NCBI GenBank assembly: GCA_033763775.1 | Contig: JANRJW010000010.1 | Span: 90,430-154,429 of the forward strand | Source: Alphaproteobacteria bacterium | Lineage (GTDB): Bacteria; Pseudomonadota; Alphaproteobacteria; Rickettsiales; SXRF01 | Direction of reading: 5' to 3' | DNA length: 64,000 bases | Shown here: positions 50,601 to 62,053 of the stretch, piece by piece | Numbering within the stretch: the stretch's first letter is position 1 | Layout: each line of letters starts with the position of its first letter | Program-made: the position numbers and the translations under genes | The notes under the pieces: model-generated | Databases searched by the model: none | Told to the model about the DNA's origin: nothing | Seen by the model: the letters and a program-made list of their open reading frames with translations, nothing else

Positions 50601-52475
50601 ATGACCTCCACCCATACCAAGCCTAAACTCATTGCGCTAACCCTCGGTTCTGTCGGCGTTGTTTATGGCGATATTGGCACCAGCCCGCTTTATGCCTTCC
50701 GTGAGTCCCTGGCCGCAGCGGCAGCGGGCGGGGCGGTAACGGCAGGCATGGTGCTTGGCGTATTATCGCTGATTTTATGGGCGCTTATCATCACCGTGAC
50801 GCTGAAATATGTCGTGCTGCTGCTGCGCGCGGATAATCAGGGCGAGGGTGGTATCCTCTCCTTGATGGCGCTGGCCATGCGCTCGCTCGGGGGCAAGGCC
50901 GCTCCGTTTCTAGTGCTACTGGGGATGGCAGGGGTTTCGCTCTTTTATGGGGATGCTATCATCACCCCAGCTATTTCCGTACTGTCGGCTATTGAGGGGC
51001 TGAAGCTGGTCACTGGCCATTTCAAGCCTTATATTGTGCCGCTGGCGCTTGCCATCATGCTGGTGCTGTTCATCGCGCAGTGCCGCGGCACGGCCAGCAT
51101 GGGGCGTTTTTTCGGGCCGATCATGGTGGTGTGGTTTCTCGCGCTCGGCTGGGGCGGTTTTCTGCACATGTTTGATAGCCCCGAGGTCTGGCAGGCGTTT
51201 AATCCGATGCATGCCATTTATTTTCTCACCCACCATGGCTTTGCCAGCGTCATTGCGCTGGGGGCTGTTGTGCTGGCGGTGACGGGTGCCGAAGCACTCT
51301 ATGCTGATATGGGGCATTTCGGCAAAAAGCCCATTCGACTTGCGTGGCTTGGTTTTGTCATGCCCTGCCTGATGCTGAACTATATCGGCCAGGCGGGACT
51401 TGTGCTGTCAAACCCCGAAGCGGCGCACCAGTCCTTTTATTTAACCTATCCTGACTGGGCGCTGGCGCCGATGGTGCTGCTCGCCACCATGGCTTCCATC
51501 ATTGCGTCGCAGGCGGTGATTTCCGGCGCTTACTCGCTGTCGCAGCAGGCGGTGCAGCTGGGTTTTCTGCCGCGCCTTCGCGTGGTCTATACCTCCGCCG
51601 AGCATCGCGGACAGATCTATCTGCCGCAGGTCAACTGGCTGCTACTTATCGGCGTGGTGCTGCTGATTGAAATCTTCAAAAGCTCCGAGGCGCTTGCGTC
51701 CGCTTATGGCATCGCGGTAACCGGCACGATGGTGATTTCATCGCTGGTGATGTTTGTGGTAGCGCGGCACGTGTGGCAATGGCCAGCAGTGCTGGTGGGG
51801 GCGGTGGTGCTGCCGCTTTTCCTGATCGATGTGGTGTTTCTTGGTGCCAACCTGCCCAAGCTTTTCGAAGGCGGCTTTGTGCCGGTGTTGATTGCCATTG
51901 CCATGATCATCGTGATGCGCACCTGGCGGCGCGGTAGCGCCTCGCTGCATGAGCAAACACGCGACTACCAGCACAGCATGGAGCTGCTTATCCGCGACAT
52001 CAACCACCACCCGCCAAAACGCGTCGAGGGCACGGCCATTTACTTAAGCAGCAATGCCGCTTACGCCCCCAGCGCTCTGCTGCAGAACCTCAAGCACAAC
52101 AAAGTGCTGCATGAGCATAACCTCATCATCAACATCCGCTTTGCCACCACGCCCCATGTCGCGGAGGATGAGCGCGTACAGGTTGAAAAGCTTTGTGAAG
52201 ACTTTTCTCGCGTCACGATGCAGTTTGGCTATATGGAGCAGCCCAACGTCACCAAAGCGCTTCAGGTGATGCGCCGTCATGACCTTGCCATGGACATGAT
52301 GCACACCAGCTATTTTATCTCGCGGCGAAACATTGTGCCGTCGGCACGCTTCGGCATGCCGCTGTGGCAGGATCGCATTTTTATCATGCTTGCTAATAAT
52401 GCTGCCGACGCGGCAGAATATTTCCACATCCCGCGCACCCGCGTCGTGGAGCTCGGCGTGCAGATGACCGTGTGA
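50601..52475 (+). CDS. kup: Potassium transporter Kup
   Basis: GVVYGDIGTSPLY, GAEALYADMGHFG, AYGIAV. Confidence 0.97.
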   Translation: MTSTHTKPKLIALTLGSVGVVYGDIGTSPLYAFRESLAAAAAGGAVTAGMVLGVLSLILWALIITVTLKYVVLLLRADNQGEGGILSLMALAMRSLGGKAAPFLVLLGMAGVSLFYGDAIITPAISVLSAIEGLKLVTGHFKPYIVPLALAIMLVLFIAQCRGTASMGRFFGPIMVVWFLALGWGGFLHMFDSPEVWQAFNPMHAIYFLTHHGFASVIALGAVVLAVTGAEALYADMGHFGKKPIRLAWLGFVMPCLMLNYIGQAGLVLSNPEAAHQSFYLTYPDWALAPMVLLATMASIIASQAVISGAYSLSQQAVQLGFLPRLRVVYTSAEHRGQIYLPQVNWLLLIGVVLLIEIFKSSEALASAYGIAVTGTMVISSLVMFVVARHVWQWPAVLVGAVVLPLFLIDVVFLGANLPKLFEGGFVPVLIAIAMIIVMRTWRRGSASLHEQTRDYQHSMELLIRDINHHPPKRVEGTAIYLSSNAAYAPSALLQNLKHNKVLHEHNLIINIRFATTPHVAEDERVQVEKLCEDFSRVTMQFGYMEQPNVTKALQVMRRHDLAMDMMHTSYFISRRNIVPSARFGMPLWQDRIFIMLANNAADAAEYFHIPRTRVVELGVQMTV

Positions 52476-53089
52476 TGCAAGCCGATCTACTGCTCCAATT
52501 CTTTCTAGTATGCTTGGTGATCGAGGCGACGCCGGGCCCTAACATGGGCACGCTGGCGTTGCTGTCACTTGAGGGCGGAAGACGCGCCGGCATGATGATG
52601 GTGGCGGGCATTGCCACCGGACTGGCGCTGCTTGGTTTCATCGCGGCGCTGGGTGTATCAACTTTGCTTGCAGCCTATCCGCTGGTCTATCATTGGCTTC
52701 GCTGGCTGGGTATTGCCTATCTTCTGTGGATGGCATTTTCCAGCTGGCAGGGCAGCACTGAAGCATCTCCCAGCCAGCTCGGCACAAACGGTCAGCACAG
52801 CCTTTACTATCGCCACGGCCTCATCCTGAACCTGCTGAATCCAAAGGCGTTGGTATTTTATGTATCCGTGCTGCCCGGGTTTATCGATCCGCTACTGCCT
52901 ACTATGGTTCAAACACTGGTCATGACTGCGCTATCAGTAATCGTGGCCACCATTGCCCACAGCTTGATCGTGCTGCTTGCCAGCAGATCAGCAACATCAC
53001 TCAGCGTCGCCGGTTCTCATCAAAGGCTGCGACGTATCCTCGCGCTCATGTTTGCCGGGGTAGCGCTGTGGATGGCATTTTCCGGCTAG
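52475..53089 (+). CDS. LysE/RhtB translocator
   Basis: TPGPN, LNLLNPKALVFY. Confidence 0.92.
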   Translation: MQADLLLQFFLVCLVIEATPGPNMGTLALLSLEGGRRAGMMMVAGIATGLALLGFIAALGVSTLLAAYPLVYHWLRWLGIAYLLWMAFSSWQGSTEASPSQLGTNGQHSLYYRHGLILNLLNPKALVFYVSVLPGFIDPLLPTMVQTLVMTALSVIVATIAHSLIVLLASRSATSLSVAGSHQRLRRILALMFAGVALWMAFSG

Positions 53090-53934
53090 CGTGCCTTGCG
53101 CTCGCGCTCCCACAGGCTGCGCAGCAGGCCGCGGAAGCTCTGCAGCTCCTGAGCAGTCCACTGGCCGCGCATCAGCATCGTCTGCAGGTTTTGCCACATC
53201 ACGTCTTTTTTCTCTGGCACGCGGTAGTAATTTACCTCGTCCAGATAACCCTCCAGCTGGCCAAAAAGACCATGCCAGTCAGCTTTGGTAGCCAAAGCAG
53301 ATGACGGATGACGGATAACGGATGACGATGGAGCGTGTTCTGTCATCCGTCCACTGTCATCTGTCATCCGGTGCGCTCTCGCGCACCATAACTCATACCC
53401 CACCACAATCACGCTTTGTGCGAGGTTCAGCGAGAAAAACTCAGGATCGGTGGGAATGGTGATGATGGTGTCACACTGCGCAATCTCGGCATTCTCAAGC
53501 CCGGTGCGCTCGGGGCCAAACACCAGCGCCGCTCGATAACCCTCACCCCGACCCTCTCCCTGAAAGGGAGAGGGAGTAGTAAGTTCCTTCTCCCTTTCAG
53601 GGACAAGGTTAGGATGAGGATTGTACTGTAACATAATTTCGGCTGCCGCTTCCCTCGGCGTTACCACGCGCTTTTCCATGTCGCGCGGGCGGGCGGTGGT
53701 CGCGTAGAGTTGGTGACAGTCTGCGGTGGCGGATGCAAAATCAGCAAAAATTTGCGCCTGCTCCAGAATGTGCGTGGCGCCGGAAGACACCTCAAAGGCG
53801 CGGCTATTTGGCCAGCCATCGCGCGGGGCGACCATGCGCAGCTCGGTAAGGCCAAAATTCGCCATGGCACGCGCCACCGCGCCGATATTCTCGCCCAGCT
53901 GCGGGCGCACCAGAATAACAGCAGGAGACGTCAT
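53086..53934 (-). CDS. trmJ: TrmJ/LasT SPOUT RNA methyltransferase carrying two repeat-derived insertions
   Basis: NIGAVARAMANFG, FGPERTGL, SLNLAQSV. Confidence 0.92.
   Translation of the reverse strand: MTSPAVILVRPQLGENIGAVARAMANFGLTELRMVAPRDGWPNSRAFEVSSGATHILEQAQIFADFASATADCHQLYATTARPRDMEKRVVTPREAAAEIMLQYNPHPNLVPEREKELTTPSPFQGEGRGEGYRAALVFGPERTGLENAEIAQCDTIITIPTDPEFFSLNLAQSVIVVGYELWCARAHRMTDDSGRMTEHAPSSSVIRHPSSALATKADWHGLFGQLEGYLDEVNYYRVPEKKDVMWQNLQTMLMRGQWTAQELQSFRGLLRSLWERERKAR
53298..53370. repeat. Inverted heptamer arrays (family D) in frame in trmJ
   Basis: cagatga cggatga cggataa cggatga ... tgtcatc cgtccac tgtcatc tgtcatc. Confidence 0.88.
53538..53622. repeat. Family B dimer in frame in trmJ
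   Basis: ccctctccct-gaa-agggagaggg and ccttctccct-ttc-agggacaagg; peptide NPHPNLVPERE...PSPFQGEGRGEG. Confidence 0.9.
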
Positions 53935-55457
53935 GCCCTAAGCATCCTCTCGACCACCTCGTCCGCAAGCGGCCTTAAGGTTACGGGGCTTCCTTCCATG
54001 GCCGCCATGAAGCGGGCGTGATCGCTTGGCGCGGCAAAGGAAAAGCCCATCAGCGCGCGGCCAATTGATTCACCTGTATAGGCATAGTTGAAATAGCAAA
54101 GGCTGGCGACGTTCGAAATCCGCCGCAGAAAATCGCGCAGCGCGCCGCGCCGCTCAGGGAAATGCACATGGAAGAAGAGGGGGTGCGTAAACAGCGCTGG
54201 ATTATAGGGGATGATGCGGTAGCGCGCATCAGCATCGCCGGTGATGTCCTGGTAGGGAATAGCGCGCATATTCAGCTCAGCAAGCAGCTTTTCAAGGCGC
54301 TCCGGCGAGGCCTCAAATGCCATCACCGGCCAGCCATCCGTCTCGCTGGTTTTGCCATATTGAAATTCCGACACGTTGATATCCGGCAGCAGGTTTTCAA
54401 GCAGCCCAAGCAGGCTGCCGCGCCCTTCGGCGATGTGCATACGCAAATAGCGCCGGCGGTGTGCCCCCACGGCGGACTGGCTGGAAATCAGCGCCAGCTT
54501 ACCAAAATCCATATTCGCGCCGCAGACAATGGCGAGCAGCTTTTTGCCGCGCACTTTATCGGGGTTCGCCTGCGCATAGTGAATCAGCCCGGCTAGCCCC
54601 ATCGCGCCGCTCGGCTCGGGAATCACGCGCGAGCACTCCCAGAGCTGCTGGATGGCTGCTGAGACTTCCTCGTTAGAAACCGTTACGACACCGGAAAGAG
54701 TTTCCTTGCAGATGGTAAAGGTGAGATCACCCACACGCTTCACGGCTGTGCCGTCGCAGAACGCATCCACCTCAGCAAGCGTCACAGGCTCGCCCGCCGC
54801 CAGCGCCGCTTTCATGCTGGCCTGCCCCACACCTTCCACGCCGAGCATCAGTGTTTTGGGGTGGTGTGATTTAAGCCATGCCGAGACACCCGCCGCTAAT
54901 CCCCCGCCGCCGATTTGCAAAAACACCACATCAAACGGCCCTTCGCCGCAAAGCGCCAGCTCGTCGGCGATCGTTGCTTGCCCGGCGATGGTGTGCAGGT
55001 CGTCAAATGGGTGAACATAGTCATAGCCGTGCTTATCGCAGTAGGCGCGCGCTTCGGCGGAGGTCTGGTCAAAGTTATCGCCGACCAGAATCACTTCGGC
55101 GGCATTCTGTCCGTGGCGTTTCACCGCGTCCTGCTTCATCAGCGGGGTGGGCAGGGGCATGAAAATCTTGGCTTCAATACCAAGCATCCGCGCGGCCAGC
55201 GACACGCCCTGCGCGTGGTTGCCGGCCGAGGCCGCGACCACCATCTTCGCACCTTTTTCTTTCAGCACCGCGGTGGCGTTATACGCCCCGCGCCATTTAT
55301 AGGCATTGATCGGCGAGAGATCCTCGCGCTTGATGAAAATCTCCGCTTCGATGCCCGGAATGCGAATCTTCTCCAGCGGCGTCGCGCTTCCGGCATGATA
55401 CACGCGCGTGCGGGCAAGTAATACTTCGGAGAAGAGTTGTTCTTTGGGCGAGGTCAT
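53931..55457 (-). CDS. ilvA: Biosynthetic threonine dehydratase
   Basis: KREDL, YKWRGAYN, SAGNHAQG, GGGGL, C-terminal regulatory repeats (FPERRGAL). Confidence 0.93.
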   Translation of the reverse strand: MTSPKEQLFSEVLLARTRVYHAGSATPLEKIRIPGIEAEIFIKREDLSPINAYKWRGAYNATAVLKEKGAKMVVAASAGNHAQGVSLAARMLGIEAKIFMPLPTPLMKQDAVKRHGQNAAEVILVGDNFDQTSAEARAYCDKHGYDYVHPFDDLHTIAGQATIADELALCGEGPFDVVFLQIGGGGLAAGVSAWLKSHHPKTLMLGVEGVGQASMKAALAAGEPVTLAEVDAFCDGTAVKRVGDLTFTICKETLSGVVTVSNEEVSAAIQQLWECSRVIPEPSGAMGLAGLIHYAQANPDKVRGKKLLAIVCGANMDFGKLALISSQSAVGAHRRRYLRMHIAEGRGSLLGLLENLLPDINVSEFQYGKTSETDGWPVMAFEASPERLEKLLAELNMRAIPYQDITGDADARYRIIPYNPALFTHPLFFHVHFPERRGALRDFLRRISNVASLCYFNYAYTGESIGRALMGFSFAAPSDHARFMAAMEGSPVTLRPLADEVVERMLRA

Positions 55458-55786
55458 GGAATCACCAATACTGATTCAACCATGCTGGCTAAAAAATCAT
55501 CGATTTCCTTCTGGTGCGCCAGCAGCATATGCTCGATATCAGAAGTAGAGACATTGCCGGCTCGAATGATAATCACTTTTGGCGGTGCGCCATAAAGCAG
55601 TGCTAGATGTAAAAAATCACTGTCCTTGGTAAGGATACAGAGAGCCTTATTTTTTGCATCTTCCCAGATCGCCCGGTCACTTGCTTGTGAAAGCGCGAGG
55701 TCATAAACATGGTTACAGCCCGGCCAGACGCGCGAAAGTGGCGCGATCAGTTTTCGTGAAAGATTTTGGTCAAGTAGAAACGTCAC
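55454..55786 (-). CDS. DUF5615 PIN-like toxin
   Basis: FLLDQNLS, SDRAIW, LTKDSDF, PPKVI; GTG start just after the DUF433 stop. Confidence 0.85.
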   Translation of the reverse strand: MTFLLDQNLSRKLIAPLSRVWPGCNHVYDLALSQASDRAIWEDAKNKALCILTKDSDFLHLALLYGAPPKVIIIRAGNVSTSDIEHMLLAHQKEIDDFLASMVESVLVIP

Positions 55787-55787
55787 G

Positions 55788-56009
55788 TTAGTGCGATGTA
55801 TGCAGCAGGTGTTCACGGTTTGCTGCAAACGCCAAACATGCCTGAATATGCTCAGATTTTAATTCAGGAAAATCCTTACGAATTTGCTCTGATGTCATGC
55901 CCGAGGCGAGATATTCCAGCACATCGCTCACCGTAATACGTGTGCCTTTGATGCATGGCTTTCCTGAGCGAACTCCAGAACGAATATCAATTAATTCTCT
56001 AAATTCCAT
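55788..56009 (-). CDS. DUF433 antitoxin
   Basis: GKPCIKGTRITV...LASG...DFPEL...IQACLAFAA. Confidence 0.9.
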   Translation of the reverse strand: MEFRELIDIRSGVRSGKPCIKGTRITVSDVLEYLASGMTSEQIRKDFPELKSEHIQACLAFAANREHLLHTSH

Positions 56010-56055
56010 AGATCCTCAATGTCAAAAAAGAACTTATGCTATTTCAGCCCAGAGA

Positions 56056-57426
56056 TCAAGCCCGTCTCCAGTCAGTGGTGCCGTCGGGGCGGTCTTCCAG
56101 TAAAATGCCACTATCGGCCAGTTCCTTGCGGATGCGGTCGGCCTCCGACCAGTTTTTCGCTTTCTTAGCGGCGATGCGCGCATCAATCTTTGCCTGAATA
56201 TCGCCATCAGCTGAAGCGCTGCTTTCGCCTTTGAACCAGCTATCTGGGTTTTGCTGCAGTAGGCCAAGCAGGTTCGTCATGGCTTTCAGCTCATCCGGCG
56301 AGGCGCTATGCATCATGCTGATCGCGCGCGGGGTGTTGAGGTCATCGCAGAGAGCGGTAAAGAAGGCATTAGGCATTAGTGATTGGGGATTGAGATTTTC
56401 TTCACTAATCCCTGATGCCTGATGCCTAATCCCTATCTGACGATACCATCCATCCAGTATCTTCTTAGCGTCCGTTAGCAGTTTTTCGTTCCAGTCTAGC
56501 GGCTCGTTATATTTGGTCATGAGATAGGCAAGGCGGATGACTTCGCCCGGCACACCCTTATCCAGCACATCTTTCACGGTGGTGAAGTTGCCGAGCGATT
56601 TGCTCATTTTTTCTCCGCCGACTGTAAGGAACCCATTATGCACCCAGTAGCGCGCGAAGTGTGAGCCTTTCGCGGAGCAGCGCGACTGTGCGATTTCGTT
56701 TTCATGGTGCGGAAACATCAGATCCGCGCCGCCGCCGTGAATGTCAAAATCCGTGCCGAGATATTTGCTGCTCATGGCTGAACATTCAATATGCCAGCCC
56801 GGGCGGCCGCGTCCCCACGGCGAATCAAACACGCTGGAGGGATCATCGCCGCTTTCCGCCGGTTTCCACAGCACAAAATCACCCGGATGTTTTTTGTATG
56901 ATTCCACCTCGATACGCGCGCCGGCAATGAGTTCATCGAGCCTCCGGCCTGATAGCGCGCCGTAATCCTGATACGAATCCACCGCGAAAAGCACATGGCC
57001 ATCCGCCGCGTACGCATGACCCTCGCTGATGAGCTTCTGGCTGATTGCGATCATTTCCTTGATGTGAGCCGTTGCGCGCGGCTCGTGCGTGGGCGGCAGG
57101 CAGTTCAGCGCGGCGATATCATCATGAAACCAGCCTTCGACGCGCTTCGTCAGCGCCGAGATCGGCTCGCCGTTTTGTTTGGCGGCAGCGTTGATTTTAT
57201 CGTCCACATCGGTGATGTTGCGCGCATAGGTGACGTGCTCTTTGCCATAGATTTCGCGCAGCACACGAAACAGCACATCATACACCACTGTGCTGCGCGC
57301 ATTGCCAAGGTGCGGCCGGTCATACACCGTCGGCCCACACACATACATTCGCACATTCTTGCTATCCAGCGGCGTGAAGGCTTCCTTGCGGCGGGTGAGG
57401 GTGTTGTAGAGAGATAGTGTGGTCAT
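56056..57426 (-). CDS. cysS: Cysteine-tRNA ligase
   Basis: CGPTVY, HLGN, PGWHIEC, FPHHENE, KMSKS. Confidence 0.98.
   Translation of the reverse strand: MTTLSLYNTLTRRKEAFTPLDSKNVRMYVCGPTVYDRPHLGNARSTVVYDVLFRVLREIYGKEHVTYARNITDVDDKINAAAKQNGEPISALTKRVEGWFHDDIAALNCLPPTHEPRATAHIKEMIAISQKLISEGHAYAADGHVLFAVDSYQDYGALSGRRLDELIAGARIEVESYKKHPGDFVLWKPAESGDDPSSVFDSPWGRGRPGWHIECSAMSSKYLGTDFDIHGGGADLMFPHHENEIAQSRCSAKGSHFARYWVHNGFLTVGGEKMSKSLGNFTTVKDVLDKGVPGEVIRLAYLMTKYNEPLDWNEKLLTDAKKILDGWYRQIGIRHQASGISEENLNPQSLMPNAFFTALCDDLNTPRAISMMHSASPDELKAMTNLLGLLQQNPDSWFKGESSASADGDIQAKIDARIAAKKAKNWSEADRIRKELADSGILLEDRPDGTTDWRRA
56364..56434. repeat. Inverted heptamer arrays (family D) in frame in cysS
   Basis: aggcatt aggcatt agtgatt ggggatt ... 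aatccct gatgcct gatgcct aatccct. Confidence 0.88.
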
Positions 57427-58733
57427 AGCATGAGTCGCTTTTTCGTTTTTTCAGCGCCCAGCAGCGGCAGGAGTTTTTTCAGCTCCGGCCCATGATCCAA
57501 GCCGGTGAGCGCCTTACGGATGGGCATAAACAGCTCTTTGCCTTTGCGCGGTGTGGTGGGCTTGATTGCGGCGATCCAAGCATCGTAAGTCGCCTCATCC
57601 CATGGCTCTGCTGGCAGCAGGCTGGCTGATTGCTTCAAAAAATCTTTTTCGCTATCGTCCGTCGCTTGCTGATTGCCTTCCTGCGAATGCAAAATATCCC
57701 ACCAAACCTTCGCATCCGGCAGGCTTTTCACGTTGGCGCGCACCGAGTTCCAGAACGCCTCATCGGCAAAAGGTAGCTGTTCTTTCACCGCCGAAAACGG
57801 CAGCTGGTGGAGTAATTTTTCATTCAGCTTTTCGAGTTCCGCCGCGTCATAATTCGCGGGTGCGCGGCCGAATTTTTTGAAATCAAAGCTATCGACCAGC
57901 GGCTGCATCGCGGCGAAAATCTCCACCGCATCTGAGGTTCCCATCTTCGCCAGCAGGGAGTTTATCGCCATCGGCAAAATGCCTTGCTCACGCATGGAGC
58001 GGATGTCGTTGCCGCCTAAGCGTTTGGAAAGCTCACCGTCTTTGGTTTTGAGCAGCGCCATATGAGCAAAGCTGGGCACGCTATAGCCCAGCGCTTTGTA
58101 AATCTGGATTTGAACGGCGGTGTTGCTGACATGGTCTTCGCCGCGAATGACATGGGTGATGTCGAGCTCGCCATCATCCACCACTGAGGCCAGCGTGTAA
58201 AGCGGCACACCATCGGCGCGCACGAGCACCGGGTCGCTCATATGGGTGGCTTTGAAATGGCTGTGGCCACGAATCAGATCATCCCACACCACCTCTTCAT
58301 CATTCAGCAGAAAGCGCCAGTGTGGCGTGCGGCCTTCAGCGATGAATTTTTTATTTTGTTCGTCGCTTGCGCGTTTATAGATTGGTGGCAGCCCGCGAGA
58401 GGCCAGCATCTTGCGCTGCACATCCAGCTCCTCGGCTGTCTCGTAGCAGGCATAAAGCCGGCCGGATTGTTTGAGCTTCTCGGTGGCAAGTGTATAGCGG
58501 TCAAACCGATCGGACTGTTTGACTAATGAATCCCAGCTGATGCCAAGCCAGCCTAGATCTTCTTTGATGGCGACTTCATATTCGCTGCGTGATCGCTCGA
58601 GATCCGTATCATCAATCCGCAGCATGAAATGCCCGCCGGCCTTGCGTGTGAACAGCCAGTTTACCAGCGCCGTGCGCACATTGCCGACATGCAAATAACC
58701 GGTGGGAGAGGGGGCAAAGCGGGTTTTAATCAT
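57423..58733 (-). CDS. gltX: Glutamate-tRNA ligase
   Basis: RFAPSPTG, HVGN, RIDDTD, IRGEDH, LSKR. Confidence 0.96.
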   Translation of the reverse strand: MIKTRFAPSPTGYLHVGNVRTALVNWLFTRKAGGHFMLRIDDTDLERSRSEYEVAIKEDLGWLGISWDSLVKQSDRFDRYTLATEKLKQSGRLYACYETAEELDVQRKMLASRGLPPIYKRASDEQNKKFIAEGRTPHWRFLLNDEEVVWDDLIRGHSHFKATHMSDPVLVRADGVPLYTLASVVDDGELDITHVIRGEDHVSNTAVQIQIYKALGYSVPSFAHMALLKTKDGELSKRLGGNDIRSMREQGILPMAINSLLAKMGTSDAVEIFAAMQPLVDSFDFKKFGRAPANYDAAELEKLNEKLLHQLPFSAVKEQLPFADEAFWNSVRANVKSLPDAKVWWDILHSQEGNQQATDDSEKDFLKQSASLLPAEPWDEATYDAWIAAIKPTTPRKGKELFMPIRKALTGLDHGPELKKLLPLLGAEKTKKRLML

Positions 58734-59325
58734 GGAGCGCGGCTGGGGCTGGTCGCCGTGGTGGTAGTCACAGTGGCGGATGTGGTATCGATGGCTGCGG
58801 GCGTCGCAGCGGCAGGTTCGGCCGTTTCTGGCAGGCTGGATCCCGCAGGCGATTTATTCTCACACCAGCCGAAATAGGCGGTGTAAGCTTCACCCACCGG
58901 CACATCTTTAATCGATCCATCCGTATGCAGCAGATAAAAGCCATACAGACCCGTTTCGGTATTGATGGTTACACGCTCGGTCACTTGCCCGCGGCTATTA
59001 TGGTTGCTGAGCGTAATCTGCCCTAGGCGGTGTGTGATGGCGCGATATTCCAGCACCAGCGATTGATCGCGGTCGAGATCTCCGGCCAGTTCCGTTTTAA
59101 TCGTTTCAACCGCCCGCGCCGGATCAATGACATATTCTACGATCTGAGTTTTTCTAACCTTGAGGATGGATCGCTCGGTGTCGTTTATCAGCCCATCATG
59201 AATCACGCGGCAGGCGGTGCCTATACATTTGCTTTTGAAACGCGTGCATTCATAGGTCAGCTGAAACTCGTTTGCCAAAGCAGGAAACGAAACCAGTGCC
59301 GCCAGCACGAAGCTGCTGAGGCGCT

Positions 59326-59329
<4 letters not shown>
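58730..59329 (-). CDS. Hypothetical exported protein
   Basis: Signal peptide (ALA), four Cys, Thr/Ala-rich tail; overlaps both neighbours. Confidence 0.7.
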
Positions 59330-62049
<2,720 letters not shown>

Positions 62050-62053
62050 AGTC

